DNA of 64,000 bases, taken from the NCBI GenBank assembly GCA_964016885.1, contig OZ024742.1:162130001-162194000 (forward strand), read 5' to 3'. The notes under the pieces are model-generated. The model was not told the origin of the DNA, made no database searches, and worked only from the letters and a program-made list of their open reading frames with translations. This document shows positions 1 through 14,160 of the stretch, piece after piece; the stretch's first letter is position 1; the number at the start of each line of letters is the position of its first letter. This stretch comes from Eledone cirrhosa (Eukaryota). Position numbers and translations under genes: made by a program.

Positions 1-73
1 TTGTAACAATAATATACATTGAAATGAGTGTGTGAGAATGTGTTTAACATAATTTAACTATTAGATCCATGTG

Positions 74-105
<32 letters not shown>

Positions 106-1842
106 ATGTTATATATGCACACACTTGTTTCTGTGTCCAAATATATTCATATTTTCAGTAGTTTAAAAAATATATATAATTCTTGCTATTAATTCTGATT
201 GGATCACTCCGTCACTATCTGTAGAACCTGAAGGAGAGAATAAAAAAGAAAGAAATATATATAATACTATTAAATAAACAACTAATAAAGAGTTTATCAT
301 CATCATCATCTTAACAGCATCATAAAGGCCCCAGGATTAGTGGATTGTATGTTTCTTCAGTCCACTCACTTGGCAACAGGGAGTTGTACTTGTATTTTAA
401 AGGGCCAGCCTTATCACACACTATGTCAAGCTCAATCTCCATGAGATCAACATTAATGGTCTGTATGTCTGTGGAATGCTCGGCCACTTGCATATTAACT
501 TATGTTGTTCAAACAGCTGGAACATTAGCTGCTAGAATCAACAGAGGTCCAACGCGTGCACGCGGCAGTGTGCCAGTGAAAAGTGTGTAGCAGTGAACAA
601 AATACAGTGTAGCATTTGACTGTGCTCTTATGTATTCTGACTTCAAATGTTGCTCGAATTGACTTAATCCATCATCAATACAAATTCGATAAAGTCCCGG
701 TAATATGTTTGTCTTAAGTTGGATGCTCCACCCACCACCAGGTACCAAAAAAATTAATATCATTATCTTCACCATGGAAGGTAAATTTTCCTTGCATCCT
801 TTCAAGGTCGATAAATAGAGTACCATGGATTGACAGAGTCATTAAAGAGTTGGATGGGATGCTTCATGGTTTCTGTTGCAGCTGTATATGTTCTGAGTTC
901 AGATCCCACTTCTTGTCATTGGAAAAAGCAGTGGTGCTTTTGCCAGTTGTAATTAGCAGATAATATACCCCTTCCAAGATAGGCTGACTTCTTGTGGAAA
1001 GTAACAGGCCTGAAAGAATGGTAGATGGTATACCCGTTTCCCAGTAGACTGACCTCACATGTGAATAAGTTGACTTCAAAGACCAGCAGATAGTATACCC
1101 CTTTCACACTTGGCTGGTCTCTTGAGGAAAGTAATCAACCTTATAAGTCTGATCATGACATTTTTGTACTATGATGTAAGAGGAAATAAAGAAAAGTGTC
1201 ACCGTCATTTTTCCATTCTTTTTAGCCGATATTTCACTAGAGTTAACTTGATTCTTTTGTTAGTAGTTCATCAATAAAATTAGATAAACATCAAATCTAA
1301 ATACAATGGTTACTGAGTCAGTTAAGCTCATATCAGCCGATGTGATCTCACATAGTATTATTTCATATTTTGGTAGCTAAGTCATGATTTTTATAATACC
1401 AAATCGTGATTTTTTATAAAGACCCTTCCCATTCGACCAAAAAAAAAAAGAGTATTTATTTCAACCCACCATAGTTATCGTGTCAAATAATTTCCTTAGC
1501 CTTTCAATTTTAATTTCTGTTTGATTAACCCTTTTGTGATACCAAGAGAATATAATTCAAAAGTACATCAAGACTCAAGAAAAGCTGTTTGTATTACAAC
1601 AGTATATATGGGGCAACTAAAGCAAAACACACTACTAAAGGGAACAGAAAAGGAAGAAAAGAAAAGAAAATGAAAAGGAGAAAAAGAGTGATTATATTTA
1701 TAATGAAATAGGTGTGAACTGTAAATTTCGTGTGTTTTCATTTAGTTTCTCCCATATATACTGTCTGTACTACAAACAGTTTTTCTTAAGTGTTGATCTA
1801 TTTCAATTAATGAAGAATTTTGAGGAATTTACAAAAATTGTT

Positions 1843-1941
1843 TCATCACCATCATTTTATGTCCGCTTTTCCCTGCTTGCAAGAGTGGGATGGGTCCTCT
1901 TCAGCACAGCATCTCTCCATTTGTCACAGTCCTTTGTCAAC
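1843..1941 (-). mobile_element. RTE LINE 3' end fragment
   Basis: Reverse complement matches the 3' end and (GAT)n tail of the RTE copy at 51480-51576 (CTTGCAAGCAGGGAAAAGCGGAC). Confidence 0.75.
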
Positions 1942-1977
1942 ATGTACATACATACATACATACATACATACATACAT

Positions 1978-3672
1978 ACATACATGACTGTAAAACGGGG
2001 AAAAACAACAACCCAATCTAGCAACATTGTCATCAATGGTCTAACTGTTTCACCAATATCTGATGAGGACTGCTACAGATAACTGGGGATAGATGAGAAC
2101 ATATCCTATAATGGTATCTGTAATAAAGAACGCATAACCAGGGAATACTACACCCGATTAAGAAAGATCTGGTCATCGGAACTCTCTGCACAAAACAAAA
2201 CAGTGGCTCACAATGTGTTTGCTGTGCCTGTCCTAACACCAACGTTTGGAATACTCAATTGGACGATAGACGAAATCCGAGCAGTTGATGTTGGAACTCG
2301 AAAAATACTGAACAACACCGGAAACTTCCACATCAACAGTGACATAGACCGCCTTTACTTGAAACGTAAGCAAGGAGGCAGAGGCCTAACATCAGCCAAG
2401 ACAACATTTGAATGTCGCATCATATCTCTCCGACAACATCTACAAACCTCGAAGCGTAGGAGCCCGCTTCTCGAGCAAGTCTATCTGCATGAAACAGATA
2501 AGATCACGAGAGTTGGGAAAGAACTCCTCGAGAGATATTCCCTGTGTGATAATCAAAAACTCACACCCAGGGATGTCGCTCAGCAGTATCGCAATGAATC
2601 CATGGATGAAAAACTGCATGCCTATCAGCAAAAAATCATGCATGTATATGTTGCCAGGAAGCTCCAGAGTGAGAGTAATATAGATAAGGAAAGTAGTCTA
2701 TCTTGGACCAACAACCGCTATATTGGCTCCCACTTTGAAGGATACGCTTTTGCAATCCAAGAACAGGAGATTAGCACGAAATACCTGATTCACAAAAGAG
2801 ATAGGGATGCAGGCAAAACATTTAGATGTGATAACAGGTGCAGACTCTGCAGAACTAACATAGAGGATATCACCTATGTCATCAGCAGCACCCCAAATAT
2901 GTCATCGCGGTACTATCTACCTATGAGGCATGATATAGTGGCCAAAACACTGTACAATGCAGTTCGTAAAAAAGATAGCCCCGATAATAAACACATTAAA
3001 AGCTACAACAATGTGGAAGACATCCATGTACATAATATGAAAGAGTACTGGTGGAATGTTCCAGTAAAAACCCCAATAAAATGCAGGCATAACAGACCAG
3101 ATATTATGATATGGGACAGGGAGAAGAAAACATGCACAGTAGTGGAAATTAGCTGCCCAGCAGATGCCAATATAATATCAAAGATTAGTGAAAAGGAGAA
3201 TATTTATGCAGAACTGATGAGAAATCTGCAGATACTCCACCCTGATTACACCTTCAGATTTATGCCTGTAATTATTGGGACACTGGGATATGTTAGTAAC
3301 TGCCTCAATACAAATCTTGAGAAGCTAGGCTTCACAGGAACAGAAAGAACACCACTAGTTAGGAAATTACAAGTACAATCCATTAATGGAACAGTAAAAA
3401 TATGTAAAACATTCCAAAAATTTTGCATCTAATAACTGCATATACACATGTACAGATACAAAGCATATACACATGCACACATACAACTCAAAACATACAC
3501 ATCCACACATACAATAACATCCATATTTACACATGCATGCATGCAGACATACATACATACATACATATCTACCTAGTTGATGCGTAAATTCCAATGAGAG
3601 AGTCTTGTGTCTATGTTAGAAACCGACTCTCTCTATTGGTAAAACCTTTGTGAAATTATAAAACCAGAAGAA
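1978..3672 (+). mobile_element. 5'-truncated R4/Dong-clade non-LTR retrotransposon inserted in a (CATA)n microsatellite
   Basis: RT C-terminal part (CYR*LGIDEN, RLYLKRKQGGRGL), CCHC-derived motif CRLCRTNIEDITYVISS, RHD motif and restriction-like endonuclease HNRPDIMIWD..VVEISCP..K. Flanked by CATA repeats at 1945-1985 and 3673-3687. Confidence 0.88.
2203..3432 (+). pseudogene. RT thumb / zinc knuckle / RLE portion of the R4/Dong polyprotein (409-aa ORF)
   Basis: Motifs as above; in-frame stop and 5' truncation upstream. Confidence 0.85.
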
Positions 3673-4385
3673 CATACATACATACATATGTTTCTTATAT
3701 AAAATTGTTGGAAGATTTTAATTTAAATAGGAGCCCTTTAAAAGAGGTGGTTTTGATTTATAGAACCAGAGCTGGTTTTAGTCAGTTTAATGGATGTTTG
3801 TCTCGACATTGGTAAAATAAATTGTTATGGTATATGATTGATAGATTTTGATACAGTGTTATAACAGTAGATTTCTACTTATAAGCATTCCTTACACCAC
3901 AAAGGAACCTCTATGTGGGCACCAGACCTAATAGGTATAGTTCCTTCTTACACACCATACAGTCTTGAAAAAAAAAAAACGACTGAAATAATGTAGCTCT
4001 AGATACACTATGTTTAAACACACTGCAACATGGTTAAATAAAAAATGTCTTTGATCATAGGTCTACTTTAACAGGGATGACTTGGGGCTAAACAACAACA
4101 TGAACATTGCAACGTTTAATTTCACAAAACTGAAACTGTCTAATGTCTAAAGTCGGTCTCAAGTCCGGAAGCTCATTAGGCTAGTGCTTATTCTGGTTTA
4201 CTTGGCATTAAGTGTCTGAAAGTAAAAGACTTTCCTCTGGACAGGATGCCAGTCTATGGCAGGGTTAAACTCCCAGCTACTGCTGAGTGTACCTGAAGCA
4301 AGAGGAAAAGAAGCATTTTGTTCAAGAACACAACAAACTATGTTTTATTAGGAAATAAAACAGTTTGTCCCTTTGGAATCCCCTC

Positions 4386-4422
<37 letters not shown>

Positions 4423-4455
4423 TTCTTGCAGAAGTCAACCTACAACAACTTAAAA

Positions 4456-4654
4456 CCCTTTAGCATTTAAACCTGCTGTATCTGGCCAGAATTCTCTCGC
4501 CTTTTTCTGTTTAAACTGGCTGTAACCAGCCACTCATACTTATGTTAAGGTATTGCTCTCAAAATAAATAATCTAATAGATTTAATATTATGTGAGATAA
4601 GTGTTTACTATAAAAATGCAATAGTATATATAGAGTAACATAAATGCTAAAGGG
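4456..4654 (-). mobile_element. piggyBac-type MITE (about 200-215 bp family)
   Basis: TIRs CCCTTTAGCATTTA / TAAATGCTAAAGGG with TTAA at the right end; opposite orientation to the 9195 copy. Confidence 0.8.
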
Positions 4655-7600
4655 TTAAACTGAACATCTACAGCATCAATTTCATCAACTTCGGAAGGGC
4701 TGCAAAGGTCGTGAATAGTCTTTTCCTCCAGACTTGGCAAAAAAGAATGTAGCCCACAAAGTGTGTCAATTATAGTAACTAAACACTATAAAAAATGTAT
4801 CCATCAATGGGTGGTAACGTCCAGGAATTGAACCCACAGTATTACAATCATAAGCCGAACAACCCAACCACTTGGTGAACTGAGACATATGGAATTATAT
4901 TAAAAAAAGCATAACCAGAAACACTATGAAGTGATTCTATATTTGAACTGAAAAATTCAAAGTTACTCTTGAAGTAGAGAAACCAACAAACAATGTGACC
5001 AATGTTTAGTGAAGTGGGTTCAACTATTGACAGTTAAGTGGCTCTGATATATTGAATAAGTGCAGTAGTGAGATAAGAACCAGCAACCTTTTGTCTGTTA
5101 TCATATCAATACAAGGCGGCAAATTGGCGGAGCTGTTAGAATGCTTTATGATATTCATTCCGTCTCTCTGCTCTCAGTTCAAATCCCGCCGTTCATCCTT
5201 TCAAGGTTGATAAAAAAAAGTGCCAGTCTAGTACTGGGGTCAATTCTTCCTCTCTCTGGAAGAAATCTGCTGTACTCAGGCCTGGGGAGAGATGGACTCT
5301 GCCAGGCTTAAAATGCCAATATGGCGCCCCTACGACTATCAGGAATTACGGGACCATACATACATATCAATACAGTCAGTTACAACTCTCCTTCAATGGA
5401 TTATAAACAATGATTATGACAGAATACTTTAAAATTTTGCTTTGAAACTATAAGCTTCTGGGTTTGATACCACTGTGTATCTTGGACATGGATTGTTTAC
5501 CATAGTTTTGGGTTGGCCAAAGCATTGTGAGTGGAATTGGCTAGATAGAAACTGTTCAGCTTTGTCACATTGAGTTACACTGAATCTGAGAATTATGTTA
5601 AAAGGTAGACATGTTTGTGAAATAGTCACTTATGCATTCATGCTAAATCTAACAAGTAGAGACATTGATTTGATCAAACAAATGAATGTTCAGCATCAAA
5701 AGTGACAAAAGATCCACCATAAATGCAGGAATTGAACATAATTGAATACATTCCTTTACTCTTCAATAGATTCCTTTTAACAGTTTTTCATATTTTTCTA
5801 CAAAATTTATACTTATTTTCCTTTAACTAATTTAGAACATTGTTACCAATTTGTGAATACCAAGCAATTCTAATTAGCTAATTTTCACAGACCTATCTTC
5901 CAAGATGGATTGTAACTTTCTGTTAATTCATTTTGAAGGGAAACATTTTTGTTCTTTAGTTAACCCTAAAACCAGTGGGTTTAGTTTGGTTTCCCCCTTT
6001 TTTATTTATTTATTTTTTTTACAATTTTTACCATGAATTTAGTTTTGTTAGTAATTTTGCAGTAAAATAATAATAATAATTTCAAAATCTTAAAAATGTT
6101 CTTTTCATGAGAAATGTTTTAAACCCTACTTCAGAAATTTAAACAAATCTTTTTGTTTATGACATTTTACTTGGCTGGTATATTTAAAATTGAGATGAAA
6201 AAATGAAATTTACAGTTCACACCTATGTATCATTAATACTCTGCTAGTTGTTAGAACTGGCAGAAGGAATTAAGATTTGAATTCAGAGTACACAGAGCTG
6301 GATCAGATAAGGCAAAGCATCCTGTCCATCAGTCTTTAACAACTTTGCCAATCAAGTGTGCCTTGGATAGGTATAGCAATTTATTGACCTGGAAAGGACA
6401 AAAGGTAGAGTTGATTTCTGCACAAATCAGTTGATTTCTGTATCAAATCAGAAACAGCAATGCATCCTGTCTGATTTTTTGTTTCCTCTTCTCTTTTTCG
6501 TTTTCTTATGCATAACCTGCCTCTCATTTTATTTTTGTCCCCCCCCCCCCTCCTTTTTAAAAACCTTTTTATTTCAGTTTTTAGTTTTTTTTTTCTTTTT
6601 GTATTGTCTCACTGGCTCTTTTTGATTACCAACTGTAAGGAGTACTTCCGCTTAGTCTGTAATGGCTTACTAGCTCTATACGGACATTTAAATTGAATAA
6701 ATAAATAAATAAATAGATAAATACTAAGACACCGCCACACCTGGATTGGTATTTTATTTATTGATCTAAAAAGGAGGACAGGCAAAGTTGACCTTGGCAA
6801 AAGAAATACTGAGGCATTTAATTGAATGCCTTAATGACTGCCAATTAACCACCTAAGATTCTCAAACAATAGTTTCTAATTTAGGTATTGGGCCAGAAAT
6901 TTGGTGAAATAGGGGAGAAATCGATTATATTGATCCTATTACTTCAGTACTTTATCTCATGTCCTAACAATAATGAGCAGTGAATTGGCAGTTGTAAAAA
7001 CATCAGATTGAATGCTTCACAGTATTCATTCTGGTTCTCTGTGGTCTGTGTTCAAATCCCACTGAGGTTAACTATGCCTGTCATCTTTTGAGGTCAATAA
7101 ATAAAGTACCCCTCTAATACTGGGGTCAATTCCTTGTCTGTCTGTCTCTCTCTCTCAGAAATCAGCTATGCTCAGACCTGATTAGGGATGAGCTCTGCTA
7201 GGCTTAAATGCCCAAGATATACTGTATACCAAAATAATATCCCTACAACTCGATAAGCTGTGAAGGGCTCATGGTATGGCCTAACAATCATACTACTGCT
7301 CCTTGGGTGAAAACAAAAAGAAAATGTCGGCTATCATCATCACCATCATAAATATGAAATTGAAAAAAGCACAAAAATACTGCATCTTCTGGAGGAGTTG
7401 CATTAAAGTGTGCATCTGTATATGTGTATCTGTATGTATGTGTTCATGTGTGTGTGTGTATGTGTGTCAGGTTTGTGTGTTTGACTGTGCATGTGTGTAT
7501 GTGTATCTGGGGTGGGAGTGTATGAGTGTGTGAGACTGTACATGTGTGCGTGTGTATGTATGCATCATCATCATCATTTCATTTCACGTCCGCTTTTCAC

Positions 7601-8365
7601 TGCTTGCAAGGGTGGGACGGGAACTGATTCTGGCTTGATTTCTACAGCTAGATGCCCTTCCTAACACCAACCTCATTTACAGTGAGTGCTGGGTGCTTTT
7701 TTTGCCGTGGCACCTACACGTCCACTTTGCAGTGGAATGATAGGGAACCCAGTCCCTATCATCTCATTTCTACAGCTGAGTAAACTGGAGCAATGTGAAA
7801 TAAAGTGTCTTGCTCAAGGAAACAACACATCACCCGGTCTGAGAATTGAACTCACAACCTTTCGATTGCAAGGCCAATGCTCTAACCACTAAGCCATGTG
7901 CCTCCATAATATGTGTGTGTATCTACATATATCAATAAATGTGTTTGTATGTGTATATATGTGTGGTGTGTCTATATATGTGTTGTATGTGTTTATATAT
8001 ATCTAAATGTGTGTGCACGTGTGTGTATGTGTCTATATATGTGTATGTGTCTATATATATCTGTGTGTGTGTCTATATATATATATCAATAAATGTGTGT
8101 GTGTGTGTGTGTGTGTGTATGTATATATGTGTATATGTGTGTGTACAAAATATCTCAAGAGAAATGATAAGGTCAGCATTTGAAGAGATAATAAACCCAA
8201 AGTATGTCTAATAATGATGAGAGCTGTCAGTGTTAAAACAATAAACTTTACTGGGAATAGATTTTACAAATAACAATCGAAAATTTCTTGTAAAATTGTT
8301 TGAAAAATAACGAAAATATGATAACAGCCATTTTAAAATTACATGTAATTCCTTATAACATTAAA

Positions 8366-8552
8366 TAATTGTTTCTACTTTTGGCACAGGGCCAGCAATT
8401 ACCCAGTACATTACTGGTACTTTATTTTATCGACTCCGTAAGGATGAAAGGCAAAGTTAACCTTGGCGGGATTTGAACTCAGAATGGCAAGGGCCGTAAC
8501 TCTATACGTCAAAGCATGCGTCCGACCCTCTACCGATACTGCCAATCTACCA
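8366..8552 (-). mobile_element. tRNA-derived SINE family B (further approximate copies at 8572-8680, 9638-9765, 20095-20370, 20700-20790, 33700-33760, 51970-52170; opposite strand 5115-5245, 6985-7130)
   Basis: B-box GAGTTCAAATCC on the minus strand; shared core GTAAGGATGAAAGGCAAAGTTAACCTCGGCGGGATTTGAACTC in many dispersed copies. Confidence 0.75.
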
Positions 8553-9194
8553 TAACATTATATAACATTAAATAATTGTTTCTACTTTTGGCACAAGGCC
8601 AGCAATTTCCCAGTACATTACTGGTACTTTATTTTATCGACCTCTGTATGGATGAAAGGCAAAGTTAACCTCGGCGGGTTAGGTACAAGGCCAACAATTT
8701 TTTTTTCGAGGGTGGGGGACAGAGTACTCTCTCCGGTCTCGAATAATGCTCCCCTTCCCCCAACATTTATTAATTTTCCCACTCCACCACTCTTATTAAA
8801 TGACTAATTTTGGTGTTTAAAAAAAAAAAAAAAAAAAAAAAAATTCAAGAGATAACCTAGAAAAATTATCAATATCCCACCTCCACCCCCATTACTTGGG
8901 ACCTGAGAGTATGTATGTCGAATATATTTTCTATTTTGGCATGAAGCAGAAATTGAAAATAAAAAAATGTTTGTATTGGTTAGTATATTTAACCAATCCA
9001 ACTACCTGACTGGTACTCTTGATTTCAAATAATTGCCCCTTCGCACCTGCTTAATTTTTCAGATTTTTTCCAACAACCACCCTCTGCTCTTATTCTGGGT
9101 CCACCTGTTCATTAAATTTTACTAATCTATCTAGGGCGAAATTTTATTTCAAGTGGGCACATTCTTGCGACAATTCTTTTTCTTTATACATTAA

Positions 9195-9409
9195 CCCTTT
9201 AGCATTTACATTATTCTATATTTATGATTGTATTTTCATGGTAAACACTTTATTTCATATTATCTCATATAATATCGAATTTACGAGATTTTGATATTTA
9301 TTTTGAGAATAATACCTTAACATAAGTATGAGCAGCCGGTTATGGTCAGGTTGAACAGAAAGAGGTGAGAGAATTCTAGCTGGACGTGGCCGGTTTAAAT
9401 GCTAAAGGG
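9195..9409 (+). mobile_element. piggyBac-type MITE
   Basis: TTAA|CCCTTTAGCATTTA ... TAAATGCTAAAGGG|TTAA. Confidence 0.88.
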
Positions 9410-9506
9410 TTAAAAAACATACATGACAATAAAAGTACATTACTAGAAATTCCATACATTATAAAATAAATAGGATGGGTTGGGGGTCTCTAAACGACTA
9501 ATTTTG

Positions 9507-9544
<38 letters not shown>

Positions 9545-11582
9545 ACAGAGACAACTTAGAAAATTTTGCGGGTGTGTTCAGACAGCTTCAGTGGAACATA
9601 ACTGTTGCGTTGTGTTGCAAGACAGCTTGGGTGAAATATTGTTTCTACTTTTGGCACAAGGCCAGCAATTACCCCAGTGCATTACTGGTACTTTATTTTA
9701 TTGACCCTGTAAGGATGAAAGGCAAAGTTAACCTCGGCCAGATTTGAACTCAGAACGTAAAGGGCTATATAACAATGGTTGTGTTCTGATGTCAGACAGA
9801 TTCAGTGGAATATCTAAGCATGTTTAGAATGAATTGAACAAAAACCATCACATCAAGTGGTGTCAAGTCTTTCTCTCTTACTAATTAACACACACACGTT
9901 GTTAGAACAAGGGTCGGTTCAGATGAGTGTTTCAGTTGTTCAAAGTTGATAGAGAGGGAGAAAAAAAGAAATTTGCCTCAGAACTCTTTCTCTGGAAGAA
10001 TTCCACTGGATTTAAATGTCCAAGTCAAGTTATATCTCACAATAGTGCCATTGCAAGTCCACCAGGAGTTAAAAGATGATAGATGGATATAGTTCTCAAA
10101 GAAAGAAAAGCATGAACTGTTGAAGTTTTCTCCAACAGTCACAAACCCGAATGAAAAAAAAAAAAAAAGAGCCAATTCTCAGACTGAACCAAGGAAACAA
10201 ATTTTCCATTACTCTTTCTATTGCTGATACTGTTGGTTAGACAATTCCTGGCAGAAGAGCCAACTGTCAGACCACCATCAACAGCCTTTGACAGGTTTTA
10301 TTTTTCCTCCTACAGTGTGTCCAAAAATCACCCTCCTCACCAAGCAAGCTTAGTGGGGCTGCTGGTTTAGTCACCAACAAACCAACCATGCAACAGGTTG
10401 TATTGGATTACATGTTACCAGCAGCTCTCAAAAGCGACCCGTCATATGAAAGCATGCTCATTTCATTCCTCTCCAGTTTTTGCATTCTCTGCATTCACTG
10501 TTCCTGTCTTGCTACCATGCAACATCAGGCCTGAACAAGCCCCTTGTTAACCCACACAAAGGACGATGGAGTATGGTTATTCTTCATAGTTCTCACCATA
10601 TTGAAGTTTTGGTGGTCTTATTTGCACCAGTCAGCAATTTGGTACTTTCTCGAACATGCAACATCAGACAACGGAAAATGTTTTCATTGGTCTTTCCATT
10701 GCTGATACTTTCTGTCAATCACAACTCCTGGCAGAAGAACGGAGCTGATCAACAGATTAGACAAAGGAAACAATGTTCCCATTGGTCTTTCCATTGCTGA
10801 TACTTTCTGTCAGTCACATCTCCTGGCAGAAGGAGCCACATAAAATGAAATATCTTGCTCAAGAATACATGTTGCCTGGTTCATAAAATGGAAGCCACAA
10901 CCATATTTATGATTCTAGGTCAAGTGCCTTCATCACTAAAATTATTGAATAACAAGGAGAGTAAGAACACCGTTTGTGGATAACTGAGGAAAAAAATGTA
11001 ATCTTATCGGAAGAGTCTTCACACACACACCCAGATACACACACACACACACAAACATCCAGAATTATCCAATTTTATTAAATACGCTACAATAGTTTGA
11101 TTATTAAGAACATTGATAAAAATCAATAAAGAACAGCCCTGACACATCTACAGAGAAACTCTCATTCCTCACCATTCCTTCCCTCAAAGATATCCGTCCA
11201 CTCAATAACTATTTCTTGCAGTCATGTATCTTTTGAAGATTCCAATTCTGTTAAACATTTATTTAATCTTCTGCTGCTGCTGCTGCTATTTGGTGCCATT
11301 GCTGCTGCTGTTGCTGATGCTGCCACCAACACTACCACCACCATCAGAGAAATATAGAAGGGATAGGGAGAGGGAGAATAGGTGTTGCCACCACTCTAAG
11401 AGTAGGACTGAAGGGATGATGAGGGGGAGATAACTGTTGCTGCTATGGCACCGGGAGGATGAGGAGGGAGAGAAGAGATACAAGAAAAATAAGAGAAAAA
11501 TCACTGCTTCACTACAACTGATCCTTTCTTGAAAGATTTCTTTCCTTTCCCTATTTCCTGCCAATCTGTTTCATGTTTTTAA

Positions 11583-11793
11583 CCCTTAATGTCCTGTAGC
11601 ACACAAAACCGCAATAGCAAGACATTCTTGAAAAGTACAAAACAGCACCATAACTGTCACATTAAAATTTAAAGTCTTTACTCTAATACTGCAAATTTTC
11701 ACAATCTGACCACCAGTAAAGATACTATAAACATTTGAATTAACAGACCTGTATTTAGCAATTTTCTGCTGGACCATTACAGGATATTAAGAG
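11583..11793. mobile_element. piggyBac-type MITE, second family
   Basis: TTAA|CCCTTAATGTCCTGTA ... TACAGGATATTAAGAG|TTAA. Confidence 0.65.
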
Positions 11794-12079
11794 TTAATCT
11801 GGCATATACTAATTTTAAGATTAGTCTTTTGTTCCTCAGAGTAAAGAAGGAAAATATGGAAAGTAATTACATTTGCATATTTCACTTTATTCTTCCCTAT
11901 TTTCCATCTCCAATAATAGACGATTGAGATGTATTTCTAGCGAAATGATCACCTAGAAATGTGGCCAAGTGATTAGGGTGTTGGACTCATGATCATAATG
12001 TTATGGTTTCAAGTCATGGGCTGGATAGTACCTTGTGCTCCTGAGCAAGATGCTTCATTTCACTGTGCATGATTGGATT

Positions 12080-12265
12080 CAAGGGTCCCTAACATTAAAA
12101 CATGAGAAACCTATGTAATGCAACTTCATAAGAGGCCAGTTAAATCTACATAAGTAAGAGCTGTAACAACGTGATAGGACTAGGGCCTCTATCTTTAAAA
12201 TCCCTGAGAAACCTATGAGATAACCTCATAAGAGGCCAGCTAAACCTGCATATGTGTGAACTATA
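12080..12265 (+). repeat. Dispersed tandem repeat family with ~90-100 bp units (also 22108-22390 minus, 33885-33927 and 34665-34890)
   Basis: Recurrent GAGAAACCTATG..CTCATAAGAGGCCAGCTAAACCT..GAGCTGTAA units. Confidence 0.6.
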
Positions 12266-12360
12266 CATTTTAGTATTTCAATAGATGGAGGGAAGGTGTG
12301 AGGTTTAATGGTTAGAATGCTGGGCTCACAGTCATAAAGATAGGAACATTGGGTACTTAA

Positions 12361-12576
12361 CCCTTTAATATTTAAACTAGCCATATCTGGCCAGAATTCT
12401 CACCTTTTTCTGTTCAAGCCAGCTGTAACTGGCCACTCATACTGATGTTGAGGTTTTGTTCTTAAAATAAATATCAAAATCTCATAGATTCCATATTATG
12501 TGAGATAATTATGTAAAATAAAGCTTTTACCACAAAAATATAATAATATATATAGAGTAATGTGAATGCTAAAGAG
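12361..12576 (-). mobile_element. piggyBac-type MITE nested in a tRNA-SINE
   Basis: TTAA on both sides and the same TIRs as the 9195 copy; it interrupts the SINE motif equivalent to GTGTCCTTGAACAAGACACTTT. Confidence 0.8.
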
Positions 12577-13834
12577 TTAAACAAAAACACTTTATTTACC
12601 ACTTTGCTCCAGTTCACTCAGCTGGAAACTGAGTTGTGACAACACTCGTGCCAAATTCTATCTTTGCCTTTCCCTTGGACAATAATGTATCTAGTATATA
12701 ACAGACAGATAGTGTATATGTAAGTTGCAACGATACTGGTAGAAAGCTGTTTTTTTTGTTTTTCTGTTGGACAACAGTATATATATAGTGTATATATGGG
12801 TTGCAATAACACTAGTACAAAGTTATATCATCCTTTGCTTTTCCCTTGGACAACATCAGTGTTGTGAAGAGGGGAAATTTGCAATCAAGGGTGAAAGACC
12901 TGGACAGAGGTGGTGAGAGATGGCTTCAAATCACAGACACACAGAGGCAATGATAAAGGATTGTGATGTGGGGAGATATCGTGCTGAGAAGGACCCATCC
13001 GACCCATGCAAGCATGGAAAAGCTGACGTAAAAATGATAACAATGATGATGATGGATGACAATCTTTGACAAAACACCTTACCCAAGGTTGTGCCTCAGA
13101 GATTTAAACACAAGATTAGTCAGATTAAAAACTCATGGTCATTCATGACTGAAAAGAATCTTTCCCCTTTTGTTTCAAAGGGTTAAGTTGGCTGAAAGTG
13201 TCAATTTTGAACAAATATTTTTAGAGGATGTTATAACTAATTACCAACTAAATTTCTTAATGTAGATTTTTAATATATTATTAGTTTCTTTCTATAATCA
13301 ATCTATATTGATCTTTTTTTTTTTATTTTTAGCCCTTTAGTTACCAACCTGGCCAAAACAGGCTCTAGTTCTATGAAATAATTGATTGTTTTAATTAATT
13401 AATGAAAAATTTCAAGGGATTTATTAAAATTGTGTATTTCATTAGAAATATGATCAGGAAAGGGTTAAATTTGATGATCACTGTATATTTGTTGGAACAA
13501 AAAACAATTTGTACAAAAAGATCTTAATAGAAGCATATATGAAATCATATACAATATGTGTTGTCCCATTTGAGACATGTCAGGTCAGGTGACTGTGTCA
13601 TGCTCATACAGAACTGTTTCTGGCTTGGTTTCTATGGTTGGATGCCCTTCCTTATGCCAACCACATTTACAGCATAGACTGGGTGCTTTTTATCATGGCA
13701 CCAAAACGACCACCATACAGTGTAGGCTGGGCGCCTTTTGTTGTCACCAACATGACCACTTTACATATTGTATATGAAATCATATACAATATGACTATGT
13801 ACAATATGACTATGTATAATATGAAATCATATGA

Positions 13835-14160
13835 AGGCATATGGTTTAGTGGTTAGAACATTGTGCTTGCAATCGAGAGGTTGTGATTTCGAATCTTTGA
13901 CTGGGTGATGTGTTCTTGAACAAGACACTTTATTTTCATGTTGCTCCAGTTTACTCAGCTGTAGAAATGAGTTGTGATGTCACAGGTGCCAAGCTGTATA
14001 GGCCATTGCCTTCTCTTGGACAACATTGGTGACATGGAGAGGTGTATGCATGGGCAACTACTGGTCTTCCACAAACAACCTTGCCCGGACTTGTACCTCA
14101 GAGGAGAACTTTCTAGGTACAAATCCCATGGTCATTTGTGACCAAAGGGGGTCTTTATCC
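13835..14160 (+). mobile_element. tRNA-derived SINE family A
   Basis: A-box TGGTTTAGTGG, B-box-like GATTTCGAATC and conserved TGTTCTTGAACAAGACACTTTATTT core; other copies near 11960, 12300, 35401 and 41300. Confidence 0.7.

Noticed and set aside
2060-2075. CTGATGAG hammerhead core (also within Helitron coding sequence near 55593 and 57212)
   Set aside because: Lies in coding sequence with no stem II, GAAA or stem I.
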